The translations under genes were made by a program, and so were the position numbers. 20,057 bases of DNA from a virus: the IMG/VR virus record IMGVR_UViG_2875952388_000001. One strand, written 5' to 3'. The notes below the pieces were generated by a model. It had not been told where the DNA came from. It saw only the letters and a program-made list of their open reading frames with translations, and did not search any database. Positions 14,532 to 20,057 of this stretch are shown here, one piece after another (positions within the stretch are counted from its first letter, which is position 1; each line of letters begins with the position of its first letter).

Positions 14532-14842
14532 CCACGAAAAGGACATGGAAGAAGCTTGAGCAGAAGATAGCGAAGAGCTTTGGGGGGGTGAGGAACCCAC
14601 TTTCAGGTGGCGCAAGCCGACACACAAGAGGAGATGTGATCCATGAAAAGTATTACATAGAGTGTAAGCTCCGGGCAAAACTCAGCGTATGGGAGTGGTT
14701 CCGGAAGGTGGAAGAAAACGCTAAGGCGGAAGGCAAGATGCCCATATTGGCGTTAAAAGAAAAATCAAAAAAGGGACAATTGGTGCTGGTCAGGGTTGAG
14801 GATATTTCTCGTTTGTGTAAGAATAAAGATGAAGAAAAATAA
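14528..14842 (+). CDS. Hjc-like Holliday junction resolvase (PD-(D/E)XK)
   Basis: WKKLEQKIA...RNPLSGG...GDV...YIECK...PILAL pattern. Confidence 0.75.
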   Translation: MTTKRTWKKLEQKIAKSFGGVRNPLSGGASRHTRGDVIHEKYYIECKLRAKLSVWEWFRKVEENAKAEGKMPILALKEKSKKGQLVLVRVEDISRLCKNKDEEK

Positions 14843-14865
14843 GGAGAAAGCTATCTCATCTTTTC

Positions 14866-15654
14866 TTACTGTCCTCTAATACCTTCTTTTCTTAATGCAA
14901 TTAGGACAAAGTCTTCTGCATCCTGTCTTTTCAGGTCTGTCTCCCAAAATACGATAAGCTTCCATCCATATTTCTTTAATACTTTCTGTCGGTAAGGTAG
15001 AGTACTTTTTTCTCTGAGTTTAGGGTTTAGAAGCGGAGAATGCCAATAGTCACCAAATACCTCTACTGCTATTTTTTTGTTGTTACATTCCACAAAATCT
15101 GGATTTATATTCTTGATCCAGAAGGAGCTATCGCCTGTGTATTTGAAGGGGAGATTATGTTTATCACAAATCTCCATAAATCTCTTTTCAGGTTTCGTAT
15201 GATGTGTTGGAATTTGTATTGCTTTTCGTGCACATTTATGAGAACAAAACTTACCATACCCTTTCTTCACCTTCTCCTGTTTTACTTTGAACTTTTTACC
15301 GCAAACTTTACAAAACCTACTAACTTTTCCACCTTTCCAATTGGGGGAGTTTTCGCCACTAAAACTTTCTGAGCGCCATTTTCCCGTACATTTTTGGGAG
15401 CAGAACTTACCATAACCTTTCTTTACCTCATTCTTTTTTACTTTGAACTCTTTACCGCAAACTTTACAAACCCTACTAACATTTCCACCTTTCCATGAGT
15501 GGTTTTTTTCACCTCTGTAATTTTCTGAGTCCCATTTTCCCTTACATTTCCTAGAACAGAGCTTTCTACCTTTTTTCACCTCCGAAGGTAGTAATTCCAT
15601 AATCTTACCACAATTTGCACACGATCTAAAATAATGTTCTTTTTTATTGCTCAA
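14866..15654 (-). CDS. Three treble-clef-like zinc-finger repeats plus a Vsr/DUF559-like endonuclease domain
   Basis: Cx2CGK...FCSxKC repeats with 51-52-aa spacing and WKGG linkers; TKPE...NPDF...AVEVFGDYWH...GWKLIVFWE. Confidence 0.8.
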   Translation of the reverse strand: MSNKKEHYFRSCANCGKIMELLPSEVKKGRKLCSRKCKGKWDSENYRGEKNHSWKGGNVSRVCKVCGKEFKVKKNEVKKGYGKFCSQKCTGKWRSESFSGENSPNWKGGKVSRFCKVCGKKFKVKQEKVKKGYGKFCSHKCARKAIQIPTHHTKPEKRFMEICDKHNLPFKYTGDSSFWIKNINPDFVECNNKKIAVEVFGDYWHSPLLNPKLREKSTLPYRQKVLKKYGWKLIVFWETDLKRQDAEDFVLIALRKEGIRGQ

Positions 15655-15775
15655 TCTCTCTCTCCATCAACCTCCTTATCACATCGTCGTACGTTTCGCT
15701 CTTCTTCCCTATCTCCTGAAGTGCCTTCGCTGTTTCCTTCTTTACTCTAATAACGGTATAAATATTTTCAACCAT
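15644..15775 (-). CDS. Ribbon-helix-helix protein (43 aa)
   Basis: Manual translation: MVENIYTVIRVKKETAKALQEIGKKSETYDDVIRRLMERE; typical small archaeal RHH pattern. Confidence 0.8.
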   Translation of the reverse strand: MVENIYTVIRVKKETAKALQEIGKKSETYDDVIRRLMEREIEQ

Positions 15776-15797
15776 ATATAATAATTAGTAATAGGAC

Positions 15798-15810
15798 TAT
15801 AAAAAGCTTC
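15798..15810 (-). promoter_or_regulatory. TATA promoter giving a probably leaderless RHH-endonuclease transcript
   Basis: GAAGCTTTTTATA about 25 bp upstream of ATG 15775; no RBS. Confidence 0.55.
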
Positions 15811-15818
15811 TTCTTTTC

Positions 15819-15914
15819 CTATCTGGATACGAGCCACCCCAGGATGAGCCCTAAGAAGAGACATCCAAAAATAATTCCAAACCCTTGCAACAATAAAACC
15901 TCTATGGTTGTCAT
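15819..15914 (-). CDS. 31-aa single-TM peptide
   Basis: Manual translation: MTTIEVLLLQGFGIIFGCLFLGLILGWLVSR; GAAGTGA RBS. Confidence 0.5.
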   Translation of the reverse strand: MTTIEVLLLQGFGIIFGCLFLGLILGWLVSR

Positions 15915-15969
15915 CTCATCACTTCCTGTCGAACAAAATCATTGATGGCATAGTATCACCTACACAACC

Positions 15970-16101
15970 TCAAAACATTGCATGAGATTGCAAATATGAA
16001 AGAGTAGACGTCCATTTTTCATCTATGCTCTTTTGGGAAGTCCACTTTTGTGCTTTTGTATCGTTCGAGGTAATCGTTGACTCTTCAGGTGTTCTTATCA
16101 T
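15970..16101 (-). CDS. Possible 43-aa hypothetical protein
   Basis: Manual translation; the ATGA overlap with the upstream gene is the only support. Confidence 0.35.
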   Translation of the reverse strand: MIRTPEESTITSNDTKAQKWTSQKSIDEKWTSTLSYLQSHAMF

Positions 16102-16250
16102 TTTCCTTCCCTTTTCAATGGCATTTTATTGCAAATATCATCGACAACATCCTTTATGTCTTCTCTGCTCCATCCCTCTTTTCGCAACTCTGTTATTGCA
16201 TCCTCAGCAGCGTTGACGAGCATCAGCACTTCCTCTTGGGTTATTCGCAT
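16098..16250 (-). CDS. Hypothetical 50-aa helical protein
   Basis: Manual translation: MRITQEEVLMLVNAAEDAITELRKEGWSREDIKDVVDDIC...; AGGTGG RBS. Confidence 0.65.
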   Translation of the reverse strand: MRITQEEVLMLVNAAEDAITELRKEGWSREDIKDVVDDICNKMPLKREGK

Positions 16251-16387
16251 CCACCTTTTTGCCCGCCTGCCTTCTTTCCTGCGCCTGCCTTTGCGCTGCT
16301 TTGCCCTTGCCCTCTTCCGCCTTTGCTTTTACCTCTTCCATCTCTGGGCCCGAGGCCTACGGGTCCAGTTTTATCTCCTCTTGGCAT
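16241..16387 (-). CDS. DUF5320-like Gly/Lys/Arg-rich peptide (48 aa)
   Basis: Manual translation starts MPRGDKTGPVGLGPRDGRG, matching the MPxGDxTGPxGxGPxxGRG signature. Confidence 0.75.
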   Translation of the reverse strand: MPRGDKTGPVGLGPRDGRGKSKGGRGQGQSSAKAGAGKKAGGQKGGCE

Positions 16388-16422
16388 TTTTATCACTTTT
16401 AATTAGTTTTTGAAACATATGA

Positions 16423-16438
16423 ATATAAAACTTTTTTG
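16423..16438 (-). promoter_or_regulatory. BRE-TATA promoter for the DUF5320-like operon
   Basis: Minus strand CAAAAAAG-TTTTATAT. Confidence 0.55.
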
Positions 16439-16442
16439 TTTA

Positions 16443-16685
16443 TCACATTAAGAAGTGCACACAGACAAGAAGTGCTAATAGCTTCATTAGATGTCCTAAG
16501 GCAAAACTAACTGTAAAGTAGTGCCACTCAGACTCCACTTGTCTCTTCGCTTTTGTTCCATCAGGGATAGCTTTGTATGCTTTTTTTGGTGTTGCCTTAT
16601 AAAATGAATAAACAAACCCAAGAGCAGCAGCATGCCATTCGTCTGTCTTATCTAGGAACGTACGTAATGCTTCCTTTCGACTCAA
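16443..16685 (-). CDS. Small membrane protein (~80 aa), possibly holin-like
   Basis: ORF-track 16443..16754 with the start moved to TTG 16685 after GGAGTGA; two hydrophobic segments, each beginning EWH. Confidence 0.6.
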   Translation of the reverse strand: MSRKEALRTFLDKTDEWHAAALGFVYSFYKATPKKAYKAIPDGTKAKRQVESEWHYFTVSFALGHLMKLLALLVCVHFLM

Positions 16686-16689
16686 CTTA

Positions 16690-17400
16690 TCACTCCTTTT
16701 CTTTTTCTTTTTCTTTTCCCTTCCAATATCTTGCTGCTGATTCCCCAAGTCCAAGAATGTTCATTGCACCGTCCATATCACTTGCACCAATTTTTTCAAT
16801 CATTCGCTTCTGTTCTGCAAACTTGATAAGATATGATTCAGGCATATGTTTTTCTGGTTCTGATTCATCATACTTTAGCTTTGGTCTTAACTCCTCAATT
16901 AATTCAGTCCATGCCATTATCTCACGGTACCTCTCAGAAGCCTTCTTTTTCAGTTGTAGCATCTGGAGTAGTAACCGTTTCTTCTGCACATCCAGTTTCA
17001 TAAGTTTTGCTTCTGTCTGTTTGGTCTGCTTTTGCTCTTCCAATTCTTCGATCTCAGCCTCATTTCCCTTTAACTCTGCTATCTTCTCCTCAAAGTCTAA
17101 AGCTTCAAAGAGCAAATTCTGGAATTGAACGTTTCGCTCAAGGATGCATTGCCAGTATTTTGCATCTGGTGTAGGGAATTTTGTATCCTTTAAGACAGAG
17201 ACTTCCATAAGATATTTGGGTCTTCCCAGTTCAAGCTTCTTGAAGGATGCGGAAAGGTCTTCTTTTATATCACTCAGTTTTTTTATCTCTTGCTCGTCAA
17301 AAATGGGTAGTCCTCTCAATGGCTCAAGCTCGTATGACTGTTTCTCGATTGTTTTTAGTTGCTCTCCTATTTTTGTTTTTGTTTCTGTTTTTTCTCTCAT
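16690..17400 (-). CDS. 236-aa coiled-coil protein (EVSVLKDTKFPTPDAKYWQC motif)
   Basis: ORF track; long heptad region; function unknown. Confidence 0.8.
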   Translation of the reverse strand: MREKTETKTKIGEQLKTIEKQSYELEPLRGLPIFDEQEIKKLSDIKEDLSASFKKLELGRPKYLMEVSVLKDTKFPTPDAKYWQCILERNVQFQNLLFEALDFEEKIAELKGNEAEIEELEEQKQTKQTEAKLMKLDVQKKRLLLQMLQLKKKASERYREIMAWTELIEELRPKLKYDESEPEKHMPESYLIKFAEQKRMIEKIGASDMDGAMNILGLGESAARYWKGKEKEKEKE

Positions 17401-17765
17401 TGACGACTTGACCTCGCTGAGGAAGGAACAGACACATCATCAAGCTCTCTTTTCGCTTTCGCTGAATCAAATGCTGGCACAATTATTTTTCCTGTTCCAC
17501 CACAGAAATCGCATGGCCTTTCTCCTCTTGGGCGATATTTATCTATCTCTGTTTTCATATCGGTATCGTTTAGCTCTGATATGTCTGCTCCAAACCTCGC
17601 CGTGTAGTTCGCTATTTCGCTCTCTTCTCCTTTAATACCATATAGTGCTATTGCGCTATCGCTGTGCCACACTCTAAATCGCAATCCATGCACTTCCTGG
17701 TCTTCGTGTGAGTAATATCCACGTTTTGGATTTACCAACTTCAAAAAGTTTGCTATTTTTACCAT
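17397..17765 (-). CDS. Hypothetical 122-aa protein with one CxxCxGxG motif
   Basis: ORF track; CDFCGGTG; AGGAGGT RBS. Confidence 0.75.
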   Translation of the reverse strand: MVKIANFLKLVNPKRGYYSHEDQEVHGLRFRVWHSDSAIALYGIKGEESEIANYTARFGADISELNDTDMKTEIDKYRPRGERPCDFCGGTGKIIVPAFDSAKAKRELDDVSVPSSARSSRQ

Positions 17766-17789
17766 TTTATTTTTTACCTCCTATTTTAT

Positions 17790-18392
17790 TTACCAATATT
17801 CCTCGGTTGTTGCTACTATATTAGAACCATCATAACCACCAAAGGACAGTCCAGCGGTTTGCGTACCACAACTAGCTAAATGACGTCTTGCAGTGGCTAA
17901 ATCACCACCTGCTGACCATGCAGCACCATCGTATTCCTCGGTTGTTGCTACTATATTAGAACCATCATAACCACCAAAGGACAGTCCAGCGGTTTGCGTA
18001 CCACAACCAGCAAAATAATATCTTGCAGTGGCTAAATCACCACCTGTAACCCAGAACGAGAACAGCCTTGTTTTTTCAACGCAAATCTTTGAACGTTTTA
18101 GTGAACTTAAATTATCATTTTTTGCAATATCTTCTGCTTTGGCTGCTGTAAGCTCAGGACTATCAAACAAAGATGCGGCTTTGGCTACTGTTAAGTCGTC
18201 ATGGTCAAACGCAGAAGCAATCACATCAACTAAAAAAGCATTACTTTCACATACACTTGCACCATCATCCGCGAGCTCTTCCTCCAGCTCAGATGCAATA
18301 ATTGGAACATCCCAATGCTTTCTCATGTTAGTCGTAAACTCGTCAACTTGGCTTCTTGTGCTTGTGTAATGCAATGCGTTTCTTACATTCAT
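17790..18392 (-). CDS. Probable adhesin/receptor-binding protein: helical N-terminus plus two Kelch-like repeats
   Basis: Two 45-aa units W..GGDLATAR....CGTQTAGLSFGGYDGSNIVATTEEY, with the Kelch GG, EEY and W hallmarks; start at ATG 18392 (ATGA overlap). Confidence 0.75.
   Translation of the reverse strand: MNVRNALHYTSTRSQVDEFTTNMRKHWDVPIIASELEEELADDGASVCESNAFLVDVIASAFDHDDLTVAKAASLFDSPELTAAKAEDIAKNDNLSSLKRSKICVEKTRLFSFWVTGGDLATARYYFAGCGTQTAGLSFGGYDGSNIVATTEEYDGAAWSAGGDLATARRHLASCGTQTAGLSFGGYDGSNIVATTEEYW
17797..18046. repeat. 115-bp direct repeat, period 135 bp, 110/115 identical
   Basis: 17797-17911 versus 17932-18046; all 5 mismatches fall in 17873-17885 / 18008-18020. Confidence 0.95.
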
Positions 18393-18763
18393 TTTAACCA
18401 ACTCTCAAATAACCTATTATAACCAGTTCCTGCAGTGACTTTCATTTCCAGCTCTACAGAATGTTTCCCATCGCTCCATCCAGATATATCTTTTTCACCG
18501 CTTTTAAGTGTGTAAGCTGTTTCGGTGAAGCTGATTGTTATTTGCTCAGTTCCATCTATAAATATTCCTATCGTCAAAGTTTCACCTGCAGTATCAATAT
18601 ACCCTTCCACTTTAGTTATCAATCGAGCAGGAGATAGCAAATTTGATGAGTCTTTAACTATGTTCAGATTTTTCTTTACGACATAGGTAGTAGATGTTTC
18701 ACTGACTTCTGTTTCATCACCGTGGTAGAGCAGAACCCTCTTCCCAGCTAAATAATCTGGCAT
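18389..18763 (-). CDS. 124-aa beta-rich, probably structural protein
   Basis: ORF track; Thr-rich with alternating beta-strand pattern; AGAGGT RBS. Confidence 0.7.
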   Translation of the reverse strand: MPDYLAGKRVLLYHGDETEVSETSTTYVVKKNLNIVKDSSNLLSPARLITKVEGYIDTAGETLTIGIFIDGTEQITISFTETAYTLKSGEKDISGWSDGKHSVELEMKVTAGTGYNRLFESWLK

Positions 18764-18775
18764 TTTCTTGTTGTT

Positions 18776-20056
18776 TTACCTCTTTGTTATTAACCTTGTA
18801 TAGCATCCATCAAAATAATTATCTACATCAAGCGTGCCTGACCATGAAACACCGAGCGTATCACCTAAAGTAAGCCCATCCACAGTCACATAGTCACCCC
18901 CCTCAGCAGTCAGTGAGTTGCCATCATAAGTCCTTATTGTGTTCCCAGATGTAGGCTCTATCACGTTTATGTGGAATGTTATATCAGGCGTGCCTGTTGC
19001 AGCACCCACGTAAATTAGCAAGTCAGCATGGGTTGCACCTTGAATACTGAAGTCTGCACTACTGCTTGCTGCGTCAATTGTTTCGTTGTTATGGACAAGC
19101 TCGTTGAGTGTGGGTGTAAGCAGTGCATCTCTTAAAGCAGTAATAGCCAGGTCAAGGTTAGGCGAATTACCTATCGTCTGTGTATCGGCAGGCTTGGTCA
19201 ATGCAATGATAGCAGTATTAAGATCATCGAGAGTTTTGGCATCCGCTCCCGCCGCAGTAATGGCATCTCTCAGAGCAGTCAAAGCTAAGTCAAGGTTTGC
19301 TAAATCTCCACTAATGTCTCTTCCTGTGAGTGCTGTGCCACCCCATCTATCCACATTCCTTAGTTCTGTAAAATCAGCAGTTTTGAACAATCCTGCTTCA
19401 TCTTCTGAAATTATTTGGCTTCTACCCGAGTGCTTCCCTGCCGCTTCCAGCGTAACAGTCACTGCGGCTGACACTTTGAATCTTAAATACTGATATTTCA
19501 ACGCCTCCTTTGTTGTCAATACTGAGTTCAAATCATCTGTTGACGATCCTGCAGCTCCGTATGAGTGAACTACCTCATCGATCGTTCTAAAGTTAGTGTT
19601 ATCTTGTGAAACCGCATCTAAGGTTATATCTGCTGCGGCTGACACATCAGAGAAGACTGCTAAATCGGAGAAACCTAACGAATCAACCACAATGGTATCA
19701 CCAGCCGCTGATACATAAGCGTCCCATGCTAAGGCGCCGAGAGCTCTTGGTTGTTGTAAGCCCAACACCCTTGTTGCCCTGTCTACTGTATCTCTTGGAT
19801 GTGTAGCACTTCCGAAATCAGAAGGCGCGATAGCTGATGCGCCATCAGTTATTTGCCCTAATGTTCTTGCTGCTCGATCAACTGTATCCCTTGGTTGCTC
19901 TGCTCCGATATTATCATATACATCTGTATTCGTCCTGTTGTCTATACCTCGTAAAGCATCTCTAAGAGCTGTTAGTGCTAAGTCAAGGTTCGATAAATCT
20001 CCACTAATGTCTCTTCCTGTGAGTGCTGTGCCACCCCACTTGTCAATATCGGCTAT
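18776..20056 (-). CDS. Partial (5' end outside the window) Ala/Thr/Asp-rich repeat protein, probably a virion fibre or adhesin
   Basis: The frame of ORF-track 18776..19768 stays open to the window end (IADIDKWGGTALTGRD...); contains internal repeats and beta-rich domains. Confidence 0.75.
   Translation of the reverse strand: MADIDKWGGTALTGRDISGDLSNLDLALTALRDALRGIDNRTNTDVYDNIGAEQPRDTVDRAARTLGQITDGASAIAPSDFGSATHPRDTVDRATRVLGLQQPRALGALAWDAYVSAAGDTIVVDSLGFSDLAVFSDVSAAADITLDAVSQDNTNFRTIDEVVHSYGAAGSSTDDLNSVLTTKEALKYQYLRFKVSAAVTVTLEAAGKHSGRSQIISEDEAGLFKTADFTELRNVDRWGGTALTGRDISGDLANLDLALTALRDAITAAGADAKTLDDLNTAIIALTKPADTQTIGNSPNLDLAITALRDALLTPTLNELVHNNETIDAASSSADFSIQGATHADLLIYVGAATGTPDITFHINVIEPTSGNTIRTYDGNSLTAEGGDYVTVDGLTLGDTLGVSWSGTLDVDNYFDGCYTRLITKR
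19263..20038. repeat. 83-bp intragenic repeat (19263-19345 and 19956-20038) with a 45-bp exact core
   Basis: Encodes WGGTALTGRDISGDL(A/S)NLDLALTALRDA twice; a third partial NLDLAITALRDA lies near 19125-19160. Confidence 0.9.
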
Positions 20057-20057
20057 C

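Larger units (their letters stand above)
1..20057. mobile_element. Segment of an archaeal virus/provirus (early, replication and part of a probable structural module)
   Basis: Dense small ORFs with ATGA/TAATG overlaps; primase-SF3 helicase, Hjc-like, MazG-like, MTase and SSB-like genes; adhesin-like genes; archaeal BRE-TATA promoters; no housekeeping genes. No capsid or integrase in the window, so a large plasmid or integrative element is not excluded. Confidence 0.8.

Noticed and set aside
4160-17400. N-terminal (TK)n / ACAAAA-like runs at three gene starts (4206, 8778, 17400)
   Set aside because: Short, imperfect, low-complexity runs that fit the A-rich 5' coding bias; too little evidence for a shared element.
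17797-18046. Diversity-generating retroelement TR/VR pair
   Set aside because: Both copies are in-frame coding repeats; neither copy has A at all mismatched sites on the coding strand; many adenines are invariant; no reverse transcriptase is present in the window.
19766-19768. GTG 19768 as the start of the 330-aa ORF
   Set aside because: The frame is open to the window end and contains a homologous repeat upstream, so the gene is 5'-truncated by the window.
224-19806. Many ORF-track entries antisense to the called genes (e.g. 417..761, 836..1252, 1325..1933, 4040..4495, 16577..17128, 17144..17635, 19086..19493)
   Set aside because: Phe/Ser/Leu-rich shadow frames of purine-rich genes on the other strand, with no RBS or motifs.
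17797-20038. CRISPR array
   Set aside because: The repeats are intragenic, occur in only 2-3 copies, keep the reading frame, and lack unique spacers of regular length.
1-20057. Integrase/att site, tRNA, rRNA, capsid or terminase genes
   Set aside because: No recognisable motifs or cloverleaf structures, so virion type and integration state cannot be determined from this window.

Overview
This window looks like a gene-dense segment of an archaeal virus or provirus (inference). Promoters are of the BRE-TATA type, ribosome-binding sites read GGAGG(TG), and the anaerobic-type genes point to an anaerobic euryarchaeal host, which I cannot name. Left (1-6640): converging operons of small, mostly unknown genes. 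These include AbrB- and RHH-like regulators, an OB-fold SSB-like protein, a PAPS-reductase-family protein and a stand-alone NrdD C-terminal glycyl-radical-motif protein. Middle (6697-14842): an insertion-rich N4/N6 DNA methyltransferase, a HicB-like protein, a frameshifted ORF, AbrB, a PD-(D/E)XK nuclease, a ~1054-aa PriS-PriL(Fe-S)-SF3 helicase fusion, a MazG-like protein and an Hjc-like resolvase. Right (14866-20057, minus strand): an RHH plus zinc-finger/Vsr-like endonuclease pair, small membrane proteins, a DUF5320-like peptide, and probable virion or adhesin genes. These last include a protein with exactly two near-identical Kelch blades and a repeat-containing ORF that runs off the window edge. 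Most notable unexplained structures: the two-blade Kelch module whose copies differ only in one loop; nested inverted symmetry inside the replicase gene (candidate origin); three back-to-back promoter cassettes with the same 12-bp spacer; and several direct repeats at gene junctions that bracket single small genes. No integrase, capsid, terminase, tRNA, CRISPR array or reverse transcriptase was recognised. All family assignments come from motif recognition by eye, not from database searches.
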